Positions 40,101 to 53,539 of a stretch of 64,000 nt of DNA are shown piece after piece. The position numbers and the translations under genes were made by a program. Source of the DNA: Octopus sinensis (Eukaryota); assembly GCF_006345805.1 (NCBI RefSeq), contig NC_043004.1, forward strand, positions 82,460,001 to 82,524,000. Reading direction: 5' to 3'. Positions within the stretch are counted from its first letter, which is position 1, and every line of letters starts with the position of its first letter. A model generated the notes under the pieces. That model was given only the letters and a program-made list of their open reading frames with translations. It searched no databases and was not told where the DNA came from.

Positions 40101-40715
40101 ACACTCTAGTGTGGATGGTATACATTTAGACATAATTTAGTACTAAACGTTGTTGATTCTGCTGCATGAGAGAGTCACGTACCCGAACTGAGTTTGCGCA
40201 AGACAGCATTTGTGAAGAAAGATGTGATGCCAAAGATAAAGAAACCTTAGCAGGGCGAAGACAGAAAATGGGGGATGTTCGTGGACAAGCCATTACATCG
40301 TTGTGTCAGCACTCCGGCCCGAGCTGGGTTTGCTTAGATGAGGGTCGGAGACGTGTGGTTCTTGGGGAGCTTACTGTGCCATCGGAGGAGAGAATTGCTG
40401 AGGCCGATGAACGAAAGCTGTTGGGCTATGAAGAGCTGGTAGCAGAGATTCGGGAGAAAGGTTACATCTGCGAACTGGTTGTGTTCGAGGTGGGCTGCAG
40501 GGGTTTCCCGGCAGCTTTTCTCAGAAGGTTTCTGAAGGTGGCTGGTGTATCTGGTGCGAGGAAGATCATCAAAGAATGTGGGGAGAAAACAATTAAGGGT
40601 AGTGCTTGGATTACCTGGAGGTTTGTGAGTGCGTATAAGGCCACAGAACTGTGATGAGTCTGGCGCTCAGCTGATGATTGCAGCCGGACGAGAGATGGAG
40701 CACTTGGTGTTTGCT
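37190..40715 (+). mobile_element. Degenerate RLE non-LTR retrotransposon (R2 superfamily, HERO-like)
   Basis: RT motifs FALLNVEGK, QKAGVPGFPGCLEH, VWLDLANAYGSVPH and MGCAISPILFVMVME. Also LPGKFKVWC..GLLPRLLWP, the CCHC knuckle CHLCGKYGSLKHMLSAC and the endonuclease motif ELTVPSEE...RK..GY. Multiple stops and frameshifts. Confidence 0.85.
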
Positions 40716-40898
40716 ATCTATATATATATATATATATATATATATGAATAATATTTATGTATATATATATACACATGAATATATATATGTATATATATAT
40801 ATATACATGTATGTATTGTATATATGTGTGTATATATATAATTATATATGTATATAGACATATACATGTATGTATATATATGTATATATGCATGTATG

Positions 40899-40927
<29 letters not shown>

Positions 40928-40929
<2 letters not shown>

Positions 40930-42811
40930 TTCAACAATTGAGGGCAAAATTAATTAATTATTAATCAATTTCACCAAGTGTTCAGTATGCAAAGGGACCA
41001 TTCAAGGCGAATTCAAATTATTACATTATATAAAAGGGCTTAGTAAAATAAATTACTTTGCCGCATACTGAACTCATTAGAAATAGCAGCTAAAAAACTT
41101 TTTTAAGGCTATTTCTAATACTTAAAGAAAATCTCTCTCATATATAGTGTTTGCATAATTCAACTCACAAAAGTTTGGGGGTAATGACATCGAAAAATCA
41201 AATGCTAAGGTTATTCGAGAACGTACGTTTCAAGATTAGTCAAAACAACATTTCTATCATCGGCTCGGAAATTCCTTGGTTTGGATTTGGAAACACTGAA
41301 AATAAGAACATACCCTCTCGAAGATCTGCTCCCAACTAACAGTGCCAACAAATTCAAAATAAGCAAGCGAAGAATCTCTGTTCTCCCCTTTCCACCAGCG
41401 TGGGTTAAAATTATCAAACTCTATGCTTATTTCGGTAACATCCGAAGCATTAATCAGAGGGAGATTAATTATAATTTCAACAATTGAGGGCAAAATTAAT
41501 TAATTATTAATCAATTTCACCAAGTGTTCAGTATGCAAAGGGACCATTCAAGGCGAATTCAAATTATTACATTATATAAAAGGGCTTAGTAAAATAAATT
41601 ACTTTGCCGCATACTGAACTCATTAGAAATAGCAGCTAAAAAACTTTTTTAAGGCTATTTCTAATACTTAAAGAAAATCTCTCTCATATATAGTGTTTGC
41701 ATAATTCAACTCACAAAAGTTTGGGGGTAATGACATCGAAAAATCAAATGCTAAGGTTATTCGAGAACGTACGTTTCAAGATTAGTCAAAACAACATTTC
41801 TATCATCGGCTCGGAAATTCCTTGGTTTGGATTTGGAAACACTGAAAATAAGAACATACCCTCTCGAAGATCTGCTCCCAACTAACAGTGCCAACAAATT
41901 CAAAATAAGCAAGCGAAGAATCTCTGTTCTCCCCTTTCCACCAGCGTGGGTTAAAATCATCAAACTCTATGCTTATTTCGGTAACATCCGAAGCATTAAT
42001 CAGAGGGAGATTAATTATAATTTCAACAATTGAGGGCAAAATTAATTAATTATTAATCAATTTCACCAAGTGTTCAGTATGCAAAGGGACCATTCAAGGC
42101 GAATTCAAATTATTACATTATATAAAAGGGCTTAGTAAAATAAATTACTTTGCCGCATACTGAACTCATTAGAAATAGCAGCTAAAAAACTTTTTTAAGG
42201 CTATTTCTAATACTTAAAGAAAATCTCTCTCATATATAGTGTTTGCATAATTCAACTCACAAAAGTTTGGGGGTAATGACATCGAAAAATCAAATGCTAA
42301 GGTTATTCGAGAACGTACGTTTCAAGATTAGTCAAAACAACATTTCTATCATCGGCTCGGAAATTCCTTGGTTTGGATTTGGAAACACTGAAAATAAGAA
42401 CATACCCTCTCGAAGATCTGCTCCCAACTAACAGTGCCAACAAATTCAAAATAAGCAAGCGAAGAATCTCTGTTCTCCCCTTTCCACCAGCGTGGGTTAA
42501 AATCATCAAACTCTATGCTTATTTCGGTAACATCCGAAGCATTAATCAGAGGGAGATTAATTATAATTTCAACAATTGAGGGCAAAATTAATTAATTATT
42601 AATCAATTTCACCAAGTGTTCAGTATGCAAAGGGACCATTCAAGGCGAATTCAAATTATTACATTATATAAAAGGGCTTAGTAAAATAAATTACTTTGCC
42701 GCATACTGAACTCATTAGAAATAGCAGCTAAAAAACTTTTTTAAGGCTATTTCTAATACTTAAAGAAAATCTCTCTCATATATAGTGTTTGCATAATTCA
42801 ACTCACAAAAG
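40928..42811. repeat. 546-bp tandem repeat, ~3.4 near-identical copies
   Basis: Near-identical ORF sets at 41151, 41697 and 42243 (period 546). Units start ATTTCAACAATTGAGG at ~40928, 41474, 42020 and 42566. Confidence 0.95.
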
Positions 42812-42837
42812 TATATATATATATATATATATGTATA

Positions 42838-43059
42838 TACATTTAAACACATAAGACATGCCCATAATAGGACATCTGACTCACTAGAAAGAGCAGTTAA
42901 ACTCCAAACCACGAATAGTTGTAATTCTGAAATGGAAAGAGAAATAAAAACGTTTCTCTTTCCATTTCAGAATTACAACTATTAGTGGTTTGGAGTTTAA
43001 CTGCTCTTTCTAGTGAGTCAGATGTCCTATTATGGCCATCTCTTATGTGTTTAAATGTA
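42838..43059. repeat. Near-perfect ~220-bp foldback (arms ~107 bp)
   Basis: TACATTTAAACACATAAGA...GGAAAGAGAAA-TAAAAACG-TTTCTCTTTCC...TCTTATGTGTTTAAATGTA. Confidence 0.9.
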
Positions 43060-43219
43060 TATTATATAGTCTATTGACTATTTTTTTCCTTCTCGCTACA
43101 CCACTGGTAGCGGAGAATTTTTCTAGAAGTTTTCTAGAATTTCTTTGCTACCCTAAAATTAATATATATATACAGTTCTATATTTAAGGTAGGAGGAATT
43201 ATGCACATTACATTATTTA

Positions 43220-43865
<646 letters not shown>

Positions 43866-44802
43866 CAAAAAAGACCGATAGAATAAGAATCAGGCTTACA
43901 AAATAAGAACTACAACTTCGACTACAAATTCAAGGCGGTACCCCAGCATAGCCACAAATAAAACATAAAAGATAAAACATAAAAGATGCATATATGCATA
44001 CAGATGTAGAGACACACACACACATGGCCACACCCAAACAAGTTTCATATTCTTGTCCAATTTAAAAGAACGAATGAGAGCATTCCCGTTTTTAAATTAA
44101 TGATTGCATATTGATTATCCTTGCCGTTACAATATAAACGAATAGGTTGATGAGAAATTTAAACATGTGTATGATACAACAATAATATATTTGCTTATAT
44201 AAAACACTGACACATTTTGAATTAATGCTCTCTATGTATGAAGCCTACGCAATAGGGACATATTCATTGACGCAGAAGAGATCATTGAGGAAAACAAATA
44301 TTGATAGCTTGATTGAGCTTATATAAAAACACGGGCTGCTACAGATTCAGTTGACAATTACGTTGCACATTAGAACAGAACCAGTTTACTTGTGTCGAAA
44401 AATGTATGTAATTTTTATGTGTAAAGGAGATATTCTATAGATACAAAACGTCACATATTACGTTCATATACAAACCGCTTAATATTCATATACTAGTGTA
44501 AATTTATGAGATTCTTTGAAAATTGAAAATGAATGTCTCAATTCTTTCCCTGAAACACACATGTATGGAATACTAGGTCAATACATATGAAGCGTTCATA
44601 ATTACTGTATTAGTCACAAAGTAGTTTAGTATAACGGATATATAACTAGTATAACATACAAGCACACTAAACCACGTTGAAGGATTAGTAACTTTACAAA
44701 GGACAAATAAAGGGGGAAAAAAAGAGAAAAAAGAAAAATCTCGTGTGTTCTATTTCACCGATATCTGTGATCGAAAAGCAATCTATTTTTGAAGGTGACG
44801 AA

Positions 44803-45765
44803 ATGGGAGAAAATAGGAAATCAAATGAAACACAATTCATAAAAATGTTGGAATTTTATCGGAACATTGATACATTCAGAAAATCAATTATAAATATATC
44901 ACAACTGAAACCACACCAATTTAAAACCATCTGTTTTTATAGCTTTTACTTATTGTATTGCTTATATTTGATCGTAAACCCCATTCGCTACATCGTTAGT
45001 ATAATACAACTGGAAGGTATCTCACCCGATGAATTATTTGTGTATATTTACATCATTGTTTTTCAGAGCTTCCTTTCTCTCGCTTGCCTAACCGAAATCT
45101 TCTGTGGATGCAATGGAAAACAATTAATTGAAGCCTTCAACCAACTTATAAGTATCGAAGATAGAATATTCTATAATTGTCAATATATATATTCATATAA
45201 AACACTAAGCATAACTGTGATTTTATCGGTTATTATTTACCTCATTGTTGATCATACTCTCTCATTTTTTAGTACCAAATTGCGCCATTTCTTAATATAT
45301 CCTGTACCAATCCACAATCCGTACCAGTGGCCAGTTTTAACGACACAAGTTTTACTCAATTGTATATCATTAACCCTCATAGTAATTGATTGGTTCGTAG
45401 ACTTTGTCATGGAAACAGCACTAATTTATGAGTTCAAAAAAATAGCGAGTGAAGCTCAGAGGTATGTCGAAGAAAAGCAATCAAATAATTTGTATTTCTC
45501 TAAAAACTATAGAGATATTACAGAAATATGTAATACACATGATTCTCTGTGTAGAGTACTGAAATTAGTGAATGAATCAACAAGACTGGAATCGGCATTT
45601 ATGGTACTCATGCCAATTGTTGGATGCTGTATAGCAACCTACGGAATTATAAATGGTTCGTTTGAAAAGACATTCTATAGTTACATTTATGTTACACTTC
45701 TGGTATGCTGTTTCCTGATTTTTTTGATCACAATGGTTTGGAGAGGAATTTGTTTACACAAATCG
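44803..45765 (+). CDS. GRL copy F (divergent subfamily), long first coding exon (321 codons)
   Basis: Six hydrophobic segments; YEFKKI...ITEICNTHDSLCRVLKLVNEST motif; ends CAC AAA TCG|GTAAGT (phase 0). First ATG is at 44803. Confidence 0.8.
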
Positions 45766-46130
45766 GTAAGTTATTCATGTGTTTATTTAATTCAATCATT
45801 TCATAACCTCCGTATGTTTATAATAATTTTTTTCCTTATAAAATAATTATTATTTCCTTATAAAACTTTTGTCCTGTTTCTCTATGATTATATCAAAATC
45901 GCTCCGGTGTTCAACTTAGCATTTATCTTGTTTTTTTTTAGGTGGAAAAATAAAATCCCCGTTAAACATTGAACGAATCCTAATTGTTACCCACTCTCTT
46001 TCGTTCTCACTTTTATTCTCTCTCTCTCTCTTTCTCTATCTCTTACTCACTCACTCTCCTTCTATCTATTTATCTATCTTTGTATCGATCAATCTCACTC
46101 AATCTCTCTCTCTCTCCCTCTCCTTGTCTG

Positions 46131-46227
<97 letters not shown>

Positions 46228-46357
46228 ATACCAACCTACCTACCTACATTTTTAACTTAGCATTTATCATTTTTTAGGTGGAAAAATAAAATACCCGTTA
46301 AATGTTGGACGAATCCTATTTTTCCCTCACTCTCTTTCTCTCTCGCTCGCTCGCTCA

Positions 46358-46429
<72 letters not shown>

Positions 46430-46430
46430 A

Positions 46431-46465
<35 letters not shown>

Positions 46466-46754
46466 TTATCTATGTATCTATCTCAGTCTCTGGGACATTA
46501 CTACGATTTGTTATTAGATGTGTGGTGAAGACGCCACACCAACTTTCGCTTATCCCAGGAATGCAGAAGGATTTTGGCGAAGGGTGAGAATACTATTCCT
46601 ATGAATATGTCGTCACACCCTTGTTCCGGGTTCAGGCCCACTGCGTGGTAACGTGGGCAAGTATCTTCTACTCTATCATCTGACAGACCAAAGCCCTGTA
46701 AGTCAATTTGGGAGACGAATTACATGAAACAAACCCGTCGTATATTTTGTATGT

Positions 46755-47151
46755 ACTAGCAGTATCGCCCGGCGTTGCTCGGCGTTGTAAGGGAAATAAC
46801 TATATAAGCATTTTTAGAGAGTTATAGCCAAAAAATAGCAAAAAAATGCATTAAAAATAGAAAAAAAATTAAGGTAATTTTTTTTTTAAATCGTTGACAC
46901 ATCGTAGATATTTTTAGAGAGTTACTTCCCTTATATAAAAGCGAAAAAATGCATTAAAATGGAAAAATATGATGGTAAATTTTTTTAAAATCGTAGACTC
47001 ATCGTAGACGCGCGCTAATACCCAGAAGGGCTCGATATGAATCATGACTATAAGATACCCGCTTTTGGTTAAACTGCACCGCAAAACGTGGGAGTAGTTA
47101 GGAATCTAAATCGTAGGAGACAGACACACAACTTCACTCTTATGTAAAGAT
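46755..47151 (+). mobile_element. Helitron/Helentron-like family Y copy
   Basis: High similarity to 30850-31247. Confidence 0.6.
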
Positions 47152-47476
47152 ACTTTTTTTTTTCAGTCATAGAGTTAGATTTATGAAGGTCTTCAGTAGA
47201 AAATCCTTCGAATTCTGACTCGCTGCTTGATATAATGAAATTCGTATCCATTTTTTGTTAGAATTACAAATTTTGAAAACACAATAGGAACAAATTTCGG
47301 AAAAAAATCTCCCATAATTCACGGAATTAAAATTACACTTCGATTTTTGTACAAAACTGTAGTTGAAGTGTTTACGAAGTATAATACGTGTTTTCACGAA
47401 TGTACTAAAGAGATTTGCTCTGATATTCTCATTTAAATATGAATAGGTAAATTCGGGCGGTTTGGTAACGAAAGGG
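47152..47476 (-). mobile_element. piggyBac 5' end with first transposase codons
   Basis: GTAACGAAAGGG (47465-76) followed by TTAA. Minus ORF from 47251 reads MDTNFIISSSESEFEGFSTEDL, an acidic start typical of piggyBac transposases. Confidence 0.7.
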
Positions 47477-47859
47477 TTAAACGGATGCATACATTTATTA
47501 ATCTCTTATTATAATAACTATATATAAGTGTCGTCTGTTTATACATAAACACTGTTTCATACTGCAATTATATATACATATATCTATATATAATATTATA
47601 TAATAAAATATATACAGAGTAAAATAAAAACCAATTTACCTTTTCTGTATTGTTATAGCAATTCTACCGTCCGTGTGTCTTTGCAAATGTGTTGGAATGA
47701 TAAGTGAGTTGTGTTTTGGCGCCTTTTTTACTAATAACAAACACACACGTGTTTGTATGTAGTTGTTTGAAACGTTTGTGTTTGCCACTCTCATATATGT
47801 ATGTGTATGCGTGTGTGTGAGGAATGACACACACACACTCACGCACGCACACATGTACA

Positions 47860-48428
47860 TCAATGCTTTCGGAGTGATATGTTAAAATATTGAGTTTTCT
47901 CGAATTTTGTCTTAATTGGTGGTAAAATTGAAAGAAATTTTTTATGGCATCACCCACTGAAGTACTCTGAAAAATCATGGGTACACTCTAATTGAAGAAA
48001 TTGTGTGAGGAGTAAATCGTTATGTATTTATTTGTTTCTGTTTGCTGTTTTTTTTTTTTAGTAGTGGTTTAAGGTACACTTCTCTCGTTTTATCGAATTA
48101 GTTTCACTTTAATCGCTGCAAACGTGCAAATAGAAAGTCGCAGAAATGAGTGATAGCGTGAGTGAATGAGATCGCTCCCTTTTTGTGTGTGTGCGTGTGC
48201 GTGTGGTGTAAACCACATTAAGAAAAGCATTTGACATACACACCAGAATGTGAGTTTTCTGTAAATTTTGCTTAATTGGAGTTTAAATTTTAAAAACTGG
48301 ACCTGGCATGACCCGATGCATTCTACCCTTAAAAATGCTAGGTAAATTGTAATTGAAGAAATCCTATATTGTAGATTTCTATATGTTACAAAGGGAGGCA
48401 GATAAAATCTGCCTTTTATAATAAGAGA
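47860..48428 (+). mobile_element. Helitron-like family X copy
   Basis: Longer homolog of 32005-32287 with the same 3' hairpin. Confidence 0.55.
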
Positions 48429-48444
48429 TTCAACTCTGAGAAGA

Positions 48445-48650
48445 GGGCAAGCTGGCAGAAACGTTAGAACATCGGGCGAAATGCTTCACGGCATTTCGTC
48501 TGTCTTTACTTTTCGAGTTCTAATTCCACCGAGGTCGACTTTGCTTTTCATCCTTTTGAGGTTGATAAATTAAGTATCAGTTGCGTACTGAGGTCAATGT
48601 AATCGACACGTCCCCACCCCCAAAATTTCGAGCCTTGTGCCTAAAGAAGA
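48445..48650 (+). mobile_element. tRNA-derived SINE (same family as upstream of the minus GRLs)
   Basis: GCTGGCAGAAACGTTAG...GTTCTAATTCCACCGAGGTCGACTTTGC. Confidence 0.7.
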
Positions 48651-49046
48651 AAAGAATATTCAACTTTGTGTCCATGTTCGTTTCGCCACCATCGCTCAAC
48701 AACCAATGCTGGTGTCTTTACTCTGCCGTTATCCAGCGGTTCAGTAAAAGTATCCGATAAAATAAGTACTAGACATATAAAGAATAAGTCCTATGGTCGA
48801 TTTCTTCAACTAAAAGCCTTTAAGGCGGTGCTCGGGCATGGCCGAGGTCAGGTGGATGAAACAATTAATAGAATATTATGAGGTTCTTGGAGTATATATA
48901 ACATGACGGAATCTATGTACATCTCCAGACAAGTATTCGAGCACACATGCATGCACATACGCGCGTTTATATACATACACATACATACACACACACACAC
49001 TCACACACACGCATACGCACACACACACACACACACACACAAACAA

Positions 49047-49101
<55 letters not shown>

Positions 49102-49145
49102 GTATTTTCATATATGTATTTTCATTATATATATGTATTTTCATA

Positions 49146-49538
49146 GGCGCACGAGTGGCTGTGTGGTAAGTAGCTTGCTAACCAACCACATGGTTTCGGG
49201 TTCAGTCCGACTGCGTGGCATCTTGGGCAAGTGTCTTCTGCTATAGCCCCGGGCAGACCAATGCCTTGTGAGTGGATTTGGTAGACGGAAACTGAAAGAA
49301 GCCTGTCGTATATATGTATATATATATATGTATGTGTGTATGTGTTTGTGTGTCTGTGTTTGTCCCCCTAGCATTGCTTGACAACCGATGCTGGTGTGTT
49401 TACGTTCGGCAAAAGAGACCGATAGAATAAGTACTGGGCTTACAAAGAATAAGTCCCGGGGTCGATTTGCTCGACCAAAGGCGGTGCACCAGCATGGCCG
49501 CAGTCAAATGACTGAAATAAGTAGAAGAGTAAAAGAGT
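49146..49538 (+). mobile_element. tRNA-derived SINE, second family, with internal TA/TG microsatellite
   Basis: GGCGCACGAGTGGCTGTGTGGTAAG...GGTTCAGTCC head. Degraded relatives at ~46545-46722, 48680-48870, 58505-58650 and 59520-59710. Confidence 0.7.
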
Positions 49539-49618
49539 ATACATATCTGTGTATGTATGTATATATGTATAAATACATATATATGCAGACATATATATAT
49601 ATGTATGTATACATATAT

Positions 49619-49662
<44 letters not shown>

Positions 49663-49829
49663 GTATGACTCTAGAGTCAAGATTTGGCTACTATTTGCTA
49701 ATAATTATTACCTTATTCTTATTATATATAAATATATATATATATATATGCTATATGTGTGTGTGCGCGTGCGTTTGAATAAGTATATATATATATATAC
49801 ATATTCACACACACGCACACACACATATA

Positions 49830-49880
<51 letters not shown>

Positions 49881-50021
49881 AATAAGAATAAGATCGTTAA
49901 TTTAATTATCGATCTTATCAAGTGGCCAGCATGGGAACAAAAACCTTCAAAGGTAATAATTATTAGCAAATAGTAGCCAAATCTTGACTCTAGAGTCATA
50001 CATACATACATACATACATAT

Positions 50022-50163
<142 letters not shown>

Positions 50164-50718
50164 ATATATATATATGCATGCATACACACACACACAAACA
50201 CACACATATATATATATAAACAATCACAGTTATATGCATATATAGGCACACCTTTTCTCGGACACACCCTTGTACATCCTGCACATCTTTTATTATCATT
50301 GTTGTTTGCATCAGTATTTACGCTAAGATACTCATTAGAAAAAAAAATAGAAATGGTCTTTCATGCGGCAAAGTCCCTTTACTCGGTTTGCAAAAGTGGA
50401 TTTGGTAACAATGCTTGATATTATGCAAGTTTATTGATAACAATATACGTCGATATTCTACATAATGGATGTTTATATACGATCTATTCTGCCGCTCAAC
50501 CGATTTTCGCAAATCCGCTAAGAGGAGTATCGATGAAGTATTGATATCAATTAGTTTTTACTACGTCAAAAGTTATTACCAAATTGATTTGTATATATAT
50601 ATGTATGTATGCATGTATATATAAGTCAATTTGGTGACAATGTGTTTGTGAGAGTCTTTGTGGGCGGATGAGTGGGGTATGTATATGTATGTATATGTAT
50701 GTATATGTATATATATGC

Positions 50719-50768
<50 letters not shown>

Positions 50769-50770
50769 TT

Positions 50771-50817
<47 letters not shown>

Positions 50818-50845
50818 TATATATATGCATATATATATATGGATG

Positions 50846-50876
<31 letters not shown>

Positions 50877-50972
50877 GTATATAAATATATACATATATAT
50901 GTATGTGTGTATGGAAATTTGCACATCCATATCTTATAGAGTTATTTACATCGTTCTTCATATATATATATA

Positions 50973-51355
50973 TATCTCTATATAAACGGCAGTTTGTCTG
51001 TGCGTTTTCTGTGTGTCTGTTTTCTCGTACCCTCACTCTGACCACGGCTTTCAACCGATTCTGATGAAACTTGACACACACATAGCCCAATGTCATAATT
51101 CAAAACTAACGCCGCGAAAATTTTGAAAAGTTCCCCCAGTTCTGAAAAAAATCGATAAATTCGACATGGGGTCGAGAATCAGAAACCCAAACCACAGACC
51201 GTCTAGGGGACGCAACTCCACCTTTTTTAACTCTCAAAAAAAATTTACCATCATTTTTTTCCCATTTTTTTGCTATTTTTTGGCTATAACTCTCTAAAAA
51301 TGCTTTATAGTTATTTCCCTTACAAACCTGAGCAACGCCGGGCGATACTGGTAGT
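50973..51355 (-). mobile_element. Helitron-like element, family Y 5' half joined to a different 3' half
   Basis: Minus strand starts ACTACCAGTATCGCCCGGCGTTGCTCAGG and ends ...CAGACAAACTGCCGTTTATATAGAGAT. Confidence 0.55.
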
Positions 51356-51559
51356 ATATATATATATAGATATATATAAGTATATTGATGTTCCTATGAA
51401 CATAAGTAGTTGATCTTTTTTAAGAAGCTTACTGAACGATATTTTAGTTAATATTCATATAAAATCTATAACAAAAGATTTGAAACAATAAAGTTGCCTA
51501 GCATATAGAAAAATCTGAAAATTCAGAAAAATTGTATTACATCCCTTTTTATACACATG

Positions 51560-51597
<38 letters not shown>

Positions 51598-51780
51598 CAT
51601 CTTCATCCCGTCTCATCCTTATTGTCAGAACTTTCGTGACAAACGAGCAGCGCATTATACTGTAATAGTAAATTTGATGAACGTGAAATACTATTAGAAG
51701 CTAACCTGCTCTGGTTTAAGACAGCGATTTTAGTTCCTCATATAGAATAATTTGTGAAGAATACATAATCACAGAGAACT

Positions 51781-52734
51781 ATGGAACTAAATGAAACCCG
51801 TTTTTATAAAATGCTGGAATATTATCGGAAAATCAACATCGTTGGGATACCACTTACGAATATATCATCACTAAGGTCACTCGAATTTAAAACGATCTGT
51901 TTTTATGGTTTTTATCTCGTGTATTGTATAATTTTGATTGCGAGCCCAGTTCAAAACATTGTCAATGTCATGCGATTTGGTCTCGAATCAACTGATGAAA
52001 TATTCGTATATTTTTACGGAATATTTAACCAGTGTTTCCTTACACTATACTGTCTGGTTAGACTCTTCAGGAAATCTAAAGACAAAGAAATAATTGAATC
52101 ATTCAGCAAACTCAAAATTGAAGAAAATGATAGAACATTCTATAATTATAACTTACTATTTTCTTATATCCTACCTTACGTAACAATATTATTGCCTGTT
52201 CTTTGCCATCTTCTTATTAATCTCGTTCTACCCATTTCCGCTAACAAATTTCGAACTGCTTTACGATTTGATGTGACAATCAGCAATCCTTATCGCTTAC
52301 CATTGGCAATTGTACAGGTTTTACTCCATGGCATATCACTTGCATTCCTGATTTTTGATTGGTATATGAATATGACAATTGAGATGGCATTGCTTCATGA
52401 GTTTAATAAATTGGCGAGTAAGTCCCAGGGATACCTAGAAGAAAAGCAATCAGACACTTCGTATTTCTTTAAGAAATATGAAGAAATTAGTGAAATATGT
52501 AACACGCATGATACTCTGAGTACAATATTGAAATTAGTAAATGAATCATTTCAGTTGTCTACGGGAATTATCGTACTCAGTAGTATTACTGGATGTTGTA
52601 TTACAACTTACGGAATTATAACCGATTCATTAAAAACCGTAAATTATAAATACATCTCTGTTACGATTGTGACATCCATGAACCTTATGTATTTGATCGT
52701 AACTGTTTGGACTGGAGTTCGCTTAAATAAATCG
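51781..52734 (+). CDS. GRL copy G, long first coding exon (318 codons)
   Basis: Intact and homologous to F (HEFNKL...ISEICNTHDTLSTILKLVNESFQL). Ends AAT AAA TCG|GTAAGT. Confidence 0.8.
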
Positions 52735-53539
52735 GTAAGTAATATAATTATTTTATAGTATTCTCTCGTCTGTTTTTTATAAATACCTTTATTATAAATA
52801 CCTTTATTACATCATAGCAGGTAGTGAATTTGGACACTCGTTAATGTATGAATAGAATATGTAATCATTGTTTATTCTTTACCTAATATCTTACACTACG
52901 ATGACCGTAATCCCACTTTTGTTTCCCATTTGTAGAAATAAGAAAGACGTTAAATGAACCAAAAGCTTCCATCTTTGGAAGATTTCACTATGAGAAAAAT
53001 TTCACTATGATAACTGTTTTGTACCGATCATTCCATCATTCCATCATTCTCTCATTCACACAATCTTTGTGTTTGTCCTGGGATTTAGCTACAATTGATC
53101 GTAAGTCTTCTCTTATCCCAGAAATGCAGTATGTTGGAGCGAATGGTTAGAAAACTATACACATGTATGCACTATTGTCTGGTCTCAGGATTGGATTTGT
53201 TTTTAGGGCACAGCTGATCGACACTCGAATAATTTCAATAACAATAACTAGTCTCTTAAACAGAAATTTTGGGAGACGTAATTTTTTATTTACAAATGCT
53301 TTTTTTGATTATTCTATAGTCCCTAATAGCTGATTTCTTTCTTTCTTTCCCTCTTTCCTTCTTCGTTTCTTTTCCCTCCATCTCCTCCCCTTCTTCTTCC
53401 TCTTCTTCTTCTTTTCATCCTCCTCCTTCTCCTTCTTTTTCTGCTATTCTAATATTCAATGTTTATATATGCATACAAATATATGTTTTGATAAGAATGT
53501 CTATATATTACCAGACATCTATACACGGACATACGTGGT

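Noticed and set aside
40928-42811. Regular repeat resembling a CRISPR array or a multicopy small gene
   Set aside because: The whole 546-bp unit repeats with no unique spacers, the context is eukaryotic, and the short overlapping ORFs show no recognisable domain.
45930-46290. Duplicated TTTTTAG|GTGGAAAAATAA acceptor-like sites after gene F
   Set aside because: It would add only VEK* and has no counterpart after G or H. More likely a local duplication around (CTAT)n, though RNA data could overturn this.
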